Below, one piece after another: positions 18,149-27,269 of a stretch of DNA of 64,000 nt; position 1 is the stretch's first letter, and each line of letters opens with the position of its first letter. Source of the DNA: an uncultured Candidatus Saccharimonas sp. (lineage in GTDB: Bacteria > Patescibacteriota > Saccharimonadia > Saccharimonadales > AWTP1-31); assembly GCA_943354005.1 (NCBI GenBank), contig CALRBE010000002.1, forward strand, positions 25,810 through 89,809. Reading direction: 5' to 3'. Below the pieces are notes generated by a model that saw only the letters and a list, made by a program, of their open reading frames with translations, was not told where the DNA came from and did not search any database. Made by a program: the position numbers and the translations under genes.

Positions 18149-18667
18149 TTATCTGTTCTTAAGAACGAGTTGCTTATTAAAGCAACGGAGGATGTCGTCA
18201 TTTATGACTTCAACTTCTAAACAGGCTTTTTCTAAATAATTGCAATAGCCTTCGTAGGGGTCTGCGCTCCATATGAATGAATCGTAATCGGAGTTTTGTT
18301 TCTTAATTTCCATTGATCCATCATCGTAAGATTCAATTATTAGAGTTGGTTTTTCAGGAACGTAGAAGCGCGTTACAGCATGGCCCATCTTTAGATACGT
18401 GCCCTCTTTGCCTACGTAGTCACTGCCATGTTCTGGGTCAAATCCAAAATCAATGAAGTATAGGTTTTCATTTGGTAAAGCACGCCTTACAAGTAATGCG
18501 CCCATGTAGGAACGTGCTGCGCAGCTAGCTATTCCATTATCTATAGCTTCATTAATGTCAGCGGCATCAGGGTGATACTTAGGCATAACAACTGGAATAG
18601 TATGAATTGCGCCTTCTAAGACTTTATCAAACATCTGCACCTCATTAGTTAAAGTATATTTTATCAT
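18149..18667 (-). CDS. hypothetical protein
   Basis: 172-aa ORF. No recognisable family. Confidence 0.4.
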   Translation of the reverse strand: MIKYTLTNEVQMFDKVLEGAIHTIPVVMPKYHPDAADINEAIDNGIASCAARSYMGALLVRRALPNENLYFIDFGFDPEHGSDYVGKEGTYLKMGHAVTRFYVPEKPTLIIESYDDGSMEIKKQNSDYDSFIWSADPYEGYCNYLEKACLEVEVINDDILRCFNKQLVLKNR

Positions 18668-18734
18668 TTATACTGTTAATTGTCAATCCGCTAATGGTCT
18701 AGGGTTTAGGGCTTCTATTGGTATACTACTACCC

Positions 18735-19520
18735 ATGAATATACTTATGTGTGCGCCAAAGTTCTTTGATGTAGCCTATGAAATTAACCCATGGATGCAT
18801 ACCGACAACCCTGTTAATAAGCAGCTCGCGGAAACGCAGTGGCAACAGCTCTTTGCGACATATAAAGATAAGCTAGGCTGGAACGTCTCTCTGATTGAGC
18901 CCGTGGACGGTCTTCCGGACATGGTATTCACTGCTAACGGTGCGCTAGTGCATGGTAAAAAAGTGGTTTTACCTACCTTTCGCCAGCCTGATCGACAACC
19001 TGAAACCGCAAAATTTGAAGAATGGTTTAAATCACAGGGATATACTGAACTTTATAACCCAAAGTATGACTTTGAAGGTGAAGGAGATGCATTATTTTGG
19101 AATGATATTCTTTTTGCGGGATTTCCCTGGCGCTCCGACAAGCCCAGCCATAACGAAATCGCTGATTTTCTAGGTGTAAAGACAATCGGGTTACAGCTTA
19201 TTGATCCACGTTTTTACCATCTTGATACTGCACTTACGATAGTCAACGATACTACGGTCGCTATCTACCCTAAGGCTTTCAGCGAGGATTCTATCAAGGC
19301 TATTAAATCAGTTGTTCCTAACGTTATTGAAGCAACTGACGAAGATGCAGTGGCATATGGACTCAATAGTGCAAGCGATGGAAAAAGAATAGTAATCCCT
19401 GAAGGGGCAACTAATCTACAAGAAAAATATAGAGCTTTAGGCCTAGAAGTATTTCCAGTGCCAATTAGTGAGTTTCAAAAATCTGGTGGCGGCGTAAAGT
19501 GCCTAACCCTTTTTCTGTAA
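18735..19520 (+). CDS. amidinotransferase/DDAH-superfamily (guanidino-group modifying) enzyme
   Basis: 261 aa. YEINPWM near the N-terminus, FYHLDTAL, and a C-terminal GGGVKCLTL with the catalytic Cys typical of this pentein superfamily. Confidence 0.65.
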   Translation: MNILMCAPKFFDVAYEINPWMHTDNPVNKQLAETQWQQLFATYKDKLGWNVSLIEPVDGLPDMVFTANGALVHGKKVVLPTFRQPDRQPETAKFEEWFKSQGYTELYNPKYDFEGEGDALFWNDILFAGFPWRSDKPSHNEIADFLGVKTIGLQLIDPRFYHLDTALTIVNDTTVAIYPKAFSEDSIKAIKSVVPNVIEATDEDAVAYGLNSASDGKRIVIPEGATNLQEKYRALGLEVFPVPISEFQKSGGGVKCLTLFL

Positions 19521-20879
19521 TATTGCTCGAGCTACGCTAACTTCATCATACTGTCGTTTAATAACGCGCTTTGGGTCATTGTCATTCTGGAGCTCATGTC
19601 TCTTTTTTGCAGCATCTGGTCCATTCGTTAAAATAGACTTCTCATGTCCCTTGCCGAGCAATAGAATAACGTCTCCGGTTCGCGCAATACCTATCGCCTT
19701 CTCGACTGCATGCTCCCGCTTATGAATCAGATAAAGGTCTTTATCTATAGTCTTACCTTCACTCTGTGCGCCTGATGCAATATCTTTAAGTATTGCTTCG
19801 CCGTCAGCATCTCGGTCATCTTCTTCGGTCACGATGACTATATCGCAGTATTTTCCAGCTGTGGCACCCTGTACGGCGCGCTTTTTTTCATCTCTTCGTC
19901 CGGCACTTCCAAAAACCGTTATAAGCCTTCCCTTAGTAAGAGGCCTAATCTCTTGGAATAATTTTTCAAAGCTTTCTGGTGTGTGTGCATAATCTACAAT
20001 TACCTCGAAGTCTTGGCCTTCGTCTACTCGCGTCATGCGACCTTCTACTGATTTAATGCTAGCAATACCCTGCTCTATATCAACTGGATCAAGACCAATC
20101 GCTCGCCCAACTCCAATTGCAGCTAAACTGTTATATACATTGAAAGTCCCTGGCAAATGACACTCTATTTGGTAGTCTGAGTCACCCATGACTGCCGTAT
20201 ACGTCGAGCCAGTGGCTTTAACTTTCACATTTTCGGCTCTTAACTCACCGCTATGGATTCCATATGTTATCGGGGTTTCAATATCTTTAATGAAGTACTT
20301 TGCACTAGGATCATCGGCGTTAATGATGCCTATTCGTAATCCCTTTTTGCAAGCATCAGTTTGCTTGAACAGCATGCGTTTTGCGTCACGGTACCGTTCA
20401 AAAGTTTTGTGGTAGTCAAGGTGTTCATGTCCAAGATTAGTCCAGACGGCGATATAGTACGGTATACCCCAGACACGGTGCTGCGCTAAAGCATGGCTGG
20501 TAGTCTCTAGTACTAGCCATTCAACATCGTTAGAAGCGACGCGCTTTAAGATCTTCATGAGGCTCGATGCTCCCATTGTAGTCATACGACTAGGGTTAGG
20601 TCGTTCTCCTTTGCCATCGCCGTAGTCTACCGAGATTGTCGTCACCATAGCGACTGAGTAGCCAGCATGCCTCAACATCTGAGTAATGATCGTTGAAGTT
20701 GTGGTTTTACCGTCAGTACCTGTCACTCCAATGACTTTAAGCTTTCGTGCAGGAAAACCGTAGGCAACTTGAGAAGCAACTGCCTCTATTAAGTGTCCAG
20801 TAGGTTCCAGGTTAGAAAAAAGTTTTTGAGGTACTATTTTCTTTAGAATTGTTCGTAGTGCCATAACCTTAGTATACAA
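19503..20879 (-). CDS. murE: Mur ligase family protein, MurE-like (UDP-MurNAc-L-Ala-D-Glu:diamino acid ligase)
   Basis: 458 aa. GVTGTDGKTTTS P-loop, DYAHTPES and GKGHE motifs. It stands apart from any dcw cluster in this window. Confidence 0.7.
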   Translation of the reverse strand: MYTKVMALRTILKKIVPQKLFSNLEPTGHLIEAVASQVAYGFPARKLKVIGVTGTDGKTTTSTIITQMLRHAGYSVAMVTTISVDYGDGKGERPNPSRMTTMGASSLMKILKRVASNDVEWLVLETTSHALAQHRVWGIPYYIAVWTNLGHEHLDYHKTFERYRDAKRMLFKQTDACKKGLRIGIINADDPSAKYFIKDIETPITYGIHSGELRAENVKVKATGSTYTAVMGDSDYQIECHLPGTFNVYNSLAAIGVGRAIGLDPVDIEQGIASIKSVEGRMTRVDEGQDFEVIVDYAHTPESFEKLFQEIRPLTKGRLITVFGSAGRRDEKKRAVQGATAGKYCDIVIVTEEDDRDADGEAILKDIASGAQSEGKTIDKDLYLIHKREHAVEKAIGIARTGDVILLLGKGHEKSILTNGPDAAKKRHELQNDNDPKRVIKRQYDEVSVARAILQKKG

Positions 20880-20884
20880 GCGTT

Positions 20885-21733
20885 TTAGCTAGATGCCACT
20901 TTTACAAAATGCTGAAGCTTGTTTCTCATGGCCTCCACCTTGGATGCGGTTTCTTGAGGATCAAGTGGCCGTGCTGCAAGAACATCACCATCACACCAAT
21001 GAAGCGCGCCCCTGTAAAGTATAAAATTATCGAGCGATTCATCTTTTGTAGAAATATCATTACCGACATCGAGTCCGGCCTTTTCATAGCGATCCAACCA
21101 GTCGTCGAGCTCACTTTGGGTTATAGACTTTAGCTGTCCATCATCTTCAACAAATCTTACCGCAGCAATCACACTATCTTCAGTTAGAGCAACCTGACTC
21201 GGCAAGGTTACATAATTCAGGCTTTTCTCAATTTCTTCTTTTGATCGATGGTCTGATTCATGACGCTTAGTGACAAGGACTCTAGATACGACTTCGTTAT
21301 TTTTGATGGCTGGAAAACTATCGATTTTACTCCCATATATTGAGCTACCAGTAAAGGCTACTCGTAAAATAGCGCCCGCATTGTCAGCATCAAATAGAGA
21401 CGAAGCTGCGCGTAGCTCGTCAGATAAAATGCTAGTATCGATTGTAAAGAACGTAGGCTTATGCTCAAGAAGCTCACTTAGGGCAGCTGAATCAGCCGAT
21501 TCAATTGTTGCAGCTCCGGCAAGAACTTCTCCGCTATCTCCTAGTGCAGCTGTCATTGCAGTATTTTGCGCCTCAAGTCCAACACCATACGATATTCTAA
21601 ATTGGCGCGATAGTATGTTCGGAGTACAGTCGGTAGCTTGAATAATATTAAATCCGTCGTGCAGATCAGACAGTGTCTCTATCGCTTCAGGAGAAAGTTG
21701 GCTTTCGGGATGAATGTTCGGGTTATTTTCCAT
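20885..21733 (-). CDS. hypothetical protein
   Basis: 282-aa ORF. No recognisable family. Confidence 0.4.
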   Translation of the reverse strand: MENNPNIHPESQLSPEAIETLSDLHDGFNIIQATDCTPNILSRQFRISYGVGLEAQNTAMTAALGDSGEVLAGAATIESADSAALSELLEHKPTFFTIDTSILSDELRAASSLFDADNAGAILRVAFTGSSIYGSKIDSFPAIKNNEVVSRVLVTKRHESDHRSKEEIEKSLNYVTLPSQVALTEDSVIAAVRFVEDDGQLKSITQSELDDWLDRYEKAGLDVGNDISTKDESLDNFILYRGALHWCDGDVLAARPLDPQETASKVEAMRNKLQHFVKVASS

Positions 21734-21796
21734 ACGTACTTTTTTTATTTTGTATTTATTTCCATATCATAGCCTAAAAGAGGTAGAATTATCAAT

Positions 21797-22858
21797 ATGA
21801 GAGTTCTTGGTATAGAGTCGAGCTGCGACGAAACTGCTGCAGCGGTAGTTGAAGACGGAACACGTCTTCTATCTAATGTTGTTGCTAGCAGTATGGATTT
21901 GCATGCCAAATATGGCGGTGTCGTTCCGGAAATTGCAGCACGAAGTCACGTTGAATCAATAACTCCTGTCGTAGAACAGGCTCTAAGCGATGCTAACTGC
22001 TCTTGGGATGATATCGATGCTATCGCCGTAACCTACGGAGCTGGGCTTGGCGGTTGTCTGCTAGTTGGTGTTATGACGGCTAGAACACTTGCTATTACGC
22101 AGAATAAACCCCTTTACGCTATCAACCATGTCGAAGGCCATGTATATGCTAACTTCTTAACAGAAACTAATATGGAAGGATACGTCCTACCTACTGAGGC
22201 GCCTAAATTCCCTCTTCTTGCTCTTATTGTCAGTGGTGGGCATAGCCAATTGGTACTTTTTAAAGATCATTTTAACTATACGTTGCTTGGACAAACGCAT
22301 GACGATGCCATTGGAGAAGCTTTTGATAAGGTCGCTAAGATCTTAGGTCTTCCCTACCCTGGTGGTCCAAGCCTAAGCAAGGCAGCCGTGCATGGCGACG
22401 ACAGTGAATTTAAGTTTCCGAAAGCTAAACTTGAAGCCCCCTATGATTATTCATTCTCAGGGCCTAAAACAGCCGTTCTAAGAGCCGTCCAGCAACTGTG
22501 CGGTAAAGATCACGACTTCCCCAGCTTTAAGCTTGCAGAGCTTCTCAGCGAGTCTCAAATAGCAGACGTTGCTGCCAGCTTTCAGCGTACAGCTGTTGAA
22601 ACAGTAGTCGACAAAACCGTTAAAGCATTTGAAGAGTTCTCCCCTGCCTCAGTAGTCATTGGTGGAGGAGTTGCTGCCAATAAAGAGTTGCGAAAGCAAC
22701 TATCTGAACGTTTGCCAATTGAGATTCATTATACTGATCCAAAACTATGCACAGATAACGGAGCTATGATCGCCACTTTAGGTTGTTTTACAGCAACGAA
22801 TAATAGACCGAAAGCTGACCCTTATTCTCTAGATATAGCTCCCCAGCTTAGTATGTAA
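21797..22858 (+). CDS. tsaD: tRNA N6-adenosine threonylcarbamoyltransferase TsaD
   Basis: MRVLGIESSCDETAAAVV, HVEGHVYAN, SGGHSQL and a C-terminal TDNGAMIA. Confidence 0.93.
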   Translation: MRVLGIESSCDETAAAVVEDGTRLLSNVVASSMDLHAKYGGVVPEIAARSHVESITPVVEQALSDANCSWDDIDAIAVTYGAGLGGCLLVGVMTARTLAITQNKPLYAINHVEGHVYANFLTETNMEGYVLPTEAPKFPLLALIVSGGHSQLVLFKDHFNYTLLGQTHDDAIGEAFDKVAKILGLPYPGGPSLSKAAVHGDDSEFKFPKAKLEAPYDYSFSGPKTAVLRAVQQLCGKDHDFPSFKLAELLSESQIADVAASFQRTAVETVVDKTVKAFEEFSPASVVIGGGVAANKELRKQLSERLPIEIHYTDPKLCTDNGAMIATLGCFTATNNRPKADPYSLDIAPQLSM

Positions 22859-23157
22859 GTTATGTAATATTATAATGCTTATGTCAATATTGACGACCCT
22901 ACACATAGGCGAGTATTCTAAGTTTGAAAACAAACATTTTGTGTAACCTTGCAAAAAGCGAGGTTACACACAACTTAGAAATGATTGGCGCTGGTTATTA
23001 TAACTTTAGGGGATAGAGTTCTAAAAACTAGTGCCATTTTTCACGTGATTATAAGGTGACTTTTACATAAATCAACAGAGGTGATATGATACATGCAAGA
23101 CTCAACAGGGGAGCGAACACTGTTAAGTTCAAGAGCGTGGACTAATTAAGGAATCTG

Positions 23158-25710
23158 ATGAAGCTAACAAAAACGTATGACCCAGGAAAATATGAATCAA
23201 AGATCTATGATTTATGGGAAAAACATGACGCCTTTACTCCTAAGCACAGGGGTTCTAAGGAATCGTTTAGTATCGTTATTCCACCGCCGAATGCCAATGG
23301 TGACTTACATATCGGACATGGACTTACCCTTGCACTAGAAGATATCGTTGTTCGTTACCACCGCATGAAAGGGAAGGCCTCTTTACTTCTTCCAGGAGCG
23401 GATCATGCAGGCTTTGAAACATGGGTGGTATATGAAAAATACTTAGCAAGCATTGGAAAAAGCCGATTTGATTACAGTAGGGAAGAGCTATATGAACAAA
23501 TATGGGATTTTGTAGATAAAAATAAGACAAACTACCTCTCACAATTCAGAATCCTTGGAGCCAGCGCTGACTGGAAACGCTACACCTATACCCTTGATAA
23601 AAAAATTGTCGCCCAGGCCTATAAAACGTTCGAAAAGATGTGGCAAGACGGTCTAGTATATCGAGATGAGAAGCTAGTTAACTTCTGTACTTACCACGGT
23701 ACCGGGTTTGCAGACATCGAAGTGACACACAAAGAGACAAAAGGTTATTTATGGTACATAAAATACCCTCTTTCTGATGGATCCGATCATATAACTGTAG
23801 CGACTACTCGACCAGAGACGATGTTAGGCGATATGGCTGTTGCCGTACATCCAGATGACCCCCGTTATAAGGAGATGGTAGGCAAGACAGTTAGAGTACC
23901 AATAGTCGACAGAGATATTCCCGTAATAGCAGACGATACAGTGGACCAGACATTTGGTACAGGCGCCGTCAAGATTACTCCGGCTCACGACCAAAATGAC
24001 TTTGATATGGCAACTCGTCATAACCTGCCTCAACTGAGCGTAATTGGGCACGACGGCACAATGATTACTCCTTCACCTAAAGAATACGTTGGCCTAAGCG
24101 TAGCCGTGGCTAGAGAAAAGATAGTACAAGAACTTATAGATCGTGATTTTCACGAAAAACGCGAAGAAATAACCCACAACGTAGGACACTGCTATAAGTG
24201 TGGGACTGTTATAGAACCGCTTCTTAGGGAACAGTGGTTTGTGAGAGTAGAATCTTTAGCTAAGCCGGCTATCCAAGCCCTCAAAAAAGATAGTATTGTT
24301 TTCTACCCTGAAAATAAAAAGAAGCAGCTCATAACTTACTTTGAGAACTTGCGTGATTGGAATATAAGCCGTCAGATTGCATGGGGAATACCAATTCCTG
24401 CCTTCCAAAGCTCCGAAGACCCAAGTAAATGGATTTTTGACACCCGCGTTGAAGAAGAATCAATTACTGTGGATGGAGTTGTCTACCATCGAGATCATGA
24501 TGTATTCGATACTTGGTTCAGTAGTTCAAGCTGGCCGTATGCTACCCTCGATTATCCAGATGGGAATGACTTTAAATCATTCTATCCTCTGAGTGTCATG
24601 GAGACGGGCTCAGACATTCTCTACCCTTGGGTCAGCCGAATGATCATGTTAGGTCTCTATGAAACGAGGGAGATACCTTTTGAATCAGTATACCTCCACG
24701 GCCTTATCCAAGATGAACATGGTCAAAAGATGAGCAAGAGCAAGGGTAACGTTGTTAATCCAATAGAGAAAGTAAAAGAGTACGGCTCAGATGCCTTCCG
24801 CATGGGCATAGTCAGTGGAGAAGCAGCAGGCAGCAATAGACCTTTTACTGAATCCAAGATAATCGGCGCTCGAAACTTCTGTAACAAACTTTGGAACATT
24901 GCCCGTTTTGTTCAAGAAAACGTTCCTAAAGATACCGATCCTACACCAAAAGCTCACAGCGCAGCAGATCATTGGTTGTTGAGTAAATTACAACATACTG
25001 TAGATGCTGTCAGTAAAAATATTGAGTCAAATAGATTTAGTGAAGCCTATAATTCCGTTTACCACTTTGTGCGTGATGATTTTGCCGACTGGTACATTGA
25101 GGCTTATAAGTCCGAATCAAATCCCTCAATACTGCACTTTACTCTTGAAAGCATTCTTAAGATTAGCCATCCATTTGCACCTTTTATAACTGAAGCTATT
25201 TGGCAACAGCTCGGCTGGAGCGATGAGTTACTTATTACAAGTGCTTGGCCTATCATTCCAAAAGCGAATGTAGCTGCTTCTAAGGACTTTGAGGAAATTA
25301 AACGAGTAGTTATTGAATCACGTCAATTAATCCTGGCTATGGGCCTCAAAAAGCCTCAGATTGAACATACAAGTCCTGTCCTAGATGCTCATAAGGAAGC
25401 TATTGCGCGAATGGCTAAACTTGGTGATGTCATTTTAGTTAAAAAGGGAAGGGGCTTGCAGCTTCTTTCTACTAAGCACGCTGTCTGGATTAATGTAACT
25501 GATTCAGAAATTAAAGAATATAAAGACACAATCGTATTACAGCTCAATCAGCAGAAAGAGACCCAAGCAAGGCTGCGCCAAAGACTAGATAATCCAGGAT
25601 ACATGAAGAGCGCTCCGGAGAGTATTATTACTCAAACCCAGGAACAATTGGCAAGCTCTTTATCTGCTAGTGCACTACTCGAGAAAGAACTAGCTCGTTT
25701 CAGTAACTAG
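23158..25710 (+). CDS. valS: valine--tRNA ligase
   Basis: 850 aa. PPPNANGDLHIGHG (HIGH), KMSKSKGN (KMSKS), a CP1 editing domain and a C-terminal coiled coil. Confidence 0.96.
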   Translation: MKLTKTYDPGKYESKIYDLWEKHDAFTPKHRGSKESFSIVIPPPNANGDLHIGHGLTLALEDIVVRYHRMKGKASLLLPGADHAGFETWVVYEKYLASIGKSRFDYSREELYEQIWDFVDKNKTNYLSQFRILGASADWKRYTYTLDKKIVAQAYKTFEKMWQDGLVYRDEKLVNFCTYHGTGFADIEVTHKETKGYLWYIKYPLSDGSDHITVATTRPETMLGDMAVAVHPDDPRYKEMVGKTVRVPIVDRDIPVIADDTVDQTFGTGAVKITPAHDQNDFDMATRHNLPQLSVIGHDGTMITPSPKEYVGLSVAVAREKIVQELIDRDFHEKREEITHNVGHCYKCGTVIEPLLREQWFVRVESLAKPAIQALKKDSIVFYPENKKKQLITYFENLRDWNISRQIAWGIPIPAFQSSEDPSKWIFDTRVEEESITVDGVVYHRDHDVFDTWFSSSSWPYATLDYPDGNDFKSFYPLSVMETGSDILYPWVSRMIMLGLYETREIPFESVYLHGLIQDEHGQKMSKSKGNVVNPIEKVKEYGSDAFRMGIVSGEAAGSNRPFTESKIIGARNFCNKLWNIARFVQENVPKDTDPTPKAHSAADHWLLSKLQHTVDAVSKNIESNRFSEAYNSVYHFVRDDFADWYIEAYKSESNPSILHFTLESILKISHPFAPFITEAIWQQLGWSDELLITSAWPIIPKANVAASKDFEEIKRVVIESRQLILAMGLKKPQIEHTSPVLDAHKEAIARMAKLGDVILVKKGRGLQLLSTKHAVWINVTDSEIKEYKDTIVLQLNQQKETQARLRQRLDNPGYMKSAPESIITQTQEQLASSLSASALLEKELARFSN

Positions 25711-26549
25711 TTAGCTGGCTCAAGAGCTTTTCGTACTTGGTAAGCTGACTCCTGTGAGTCGTAGTCATCGAACCACATTACATGCCATCCGGCTTTTTGG
25801 GCAGGTGGAAGATTAGCTCTCGTGTCATCTATAAGCAGAATCTCTGACGAAGGTACACCGGCCATTGATTCGGCTATTTCGTAAATCTTAGGGTCCGGCT
25901 TAGTCACGCCTAACTTAGAAGAATCCACTATAGCTGTGTAGGAAATGTCTGGAATAAGCTTCTCTTTAATGAGCAGGTCAATAATGCCGCCAGCAATATT
26001 TGTAAAAAGTCCGACTTTGTATTTTTCAGCGGCCCATTCAATAAGTTCGTGCATCTCTGCAATAGGGATGACCGCATCAATGTAATATTTCTCCCAGTTG
26101 ATATGGTCTATCCCAAGTTCTTTTGCAAAAATAGTATTAAACGAATCGAGCGTAAATTTACCCTGGTTTACTGCATCGTTATATTGCCAGAATATAGTTT
26201 CAACGATATCAGGCGACAAATCATAGTCCTCTGCAATTTTAGTAAATGCACGATGGAAAAAGTGTACCAAACAGCCGTTAACATCAAAGTAGATGAAGCG
26301 TACTCCACCTTTTGTGATATGTTCTTTTGTTTTAGTTTTCTTAGAGTTGCCAACGAGCTGGTCTAGAGAGACGTCAAGCACCTCAGCAATGTTCATAATT
26401 GTAAAAATAGAAGGCGACTTAATAGCGCCACGCTCGATTTTTGCAAGCGTAGAGTAACTTAGTCCAGCCTTCTGACACATTGACTGTTGTGTTAGTCCAG
26501 CCTTCTGACGAGCACGTTGCAACGTCAGCCCCAATCCCTTTTCATCCAT
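25707..26549 (-). CDS. fusion protein: XRE-type HTH domain + HAD-superfamily hydrolase domain
   Basis: N-terminus LTLQRARQKAGLTQQSMCQKAGLSYSTLAKIERG (Cro/C1 HTH). The C-terminal half has FDVNG (HAD motif I), a TN motif and LLIDDTRANL (motif IV). Confidence 0.7.
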   Translation of the reverse strand: MDEKGLGLTLQRARQKAGLTQQSMCQKAGLSYSTLAKIERGAIKSPSIFTIMNIAEVLDVSLDQLVGNSKKTKTKEHITKGGVRFIYFDVNGCLVHFFHRAFTKIAEDYDLSPDIVETIFWQYNDAVNQGKFTLDSFNTIFAKELGIDHINWEKYYIDAVIPIAEMHELIEWAAEKYKVGLFTNIAGGIIDLLIKEKLIPDISYTAIVDSSKLGVTKPDPKIYEIAESMAGVPSSEILLIDDTRANLPPAQKAGWHVMWFDDYDSQESAYQVRKALEPAN

Positions 26550-26604
26550 AGCCTAATAATACCAGCTAACAGCTAAAAAAACTACCGAAAAAGGTACTAA
26601 GTGG

Positions 26605-26787
26605 CTAGGCTATTCGGTTAAGTAATGTACTGGCTAACGTAATAAATAGTATGAAGGCTATAACACCCGCAACCGCTGCACCAATAAGCGAGCGCTGCGT
26701 TAGTCCACCGTTACTTTTCTGGAATTTACCATACACCCAAGCACCGACGCCAACTGCAAAAACTACCGCAATAAAAACTCTATTCAT
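26605..26787 (-). CDS. small two-TM membrane protein (hypothetical)
   Basis: 60-aa ORF with two hydrophobic helices. Confidence 0.3.
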   Translation of the reverse strand: MNRVFIAVVFAVGVGAWVYGKFQKSNGGLTQRSLIGAAVAGVIAFILFITLASTLLNRIA

Positions 26788-26803
26788 AAGCTTAGTATAC
26801 CAT

Positions 26804-27196
26804 CTAGAGAGCTAGTTTCTGTGCCATTTCAGCTAATGCCTTGTGGTCCGGCGGGATGCTCTTATCTACGACAGTTCTATACTCCGGCATAGTGTCAAAA
26901 GGGAAGACGTGTACGTGTGCATGAGGAATATCTACACCCACAACGTGGATACCGACTCGTCCACGTTTTAGAACTTCTTTTTGCTTCTTGGCTATTTTTT
27001 TAACTACAGCCCAAAGTGCAACGTAATCTTCATCTGAAAGATCTTGAAAATGATCTACTTGGATTTTCGGCACAACAAGCACATGTCCTGGTTGGATAGG
27101 GTGAATATCCATGAAGGCGAAGATCCGGTCATCTTCATACACCTTATGGCAAGGTATCTCGCCTTTAATTATCATGGTAAAAATAGATGGTTTCAT
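26804..27196 (-). CDS. HIT family nucleotide hydrolase/transferase
   Basis: Histidine triad HAHVHVFP. Start trimmed to MKPSIFTMIIKGEIP. Confidence 0.85.
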   Translation of the reverse strand: MKPSIFTMIIKGEIPCHKVYEDDRIFAFMDIHPIQPGHVLVVPKIQVDHFQDLSDEDYVALWAVVKKIAKKQKEVLKRGRVGIHVVGVDIPHAHVHVFPFDTMPEYRTVVDKSIPPDHKALAEMAQKLAL

Positions 27197-27269
27197 GCGT
27201 ACAGTATATACCACCTGCAATAACTTATTAGGTTATGATATAATAAACATAAGAAGTAAAAATAAAAAC

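Noticed and set aside
22859-23157. Calling the valS leader a T-box riboswitch feature
   Set aside because: The canonical T-box sequence, the AG bulge/K-turn and a GUN specifier in a recognisable Stem I were not found by eye. It is kept only as a low-confidence finding, not an annotated ncRNA.
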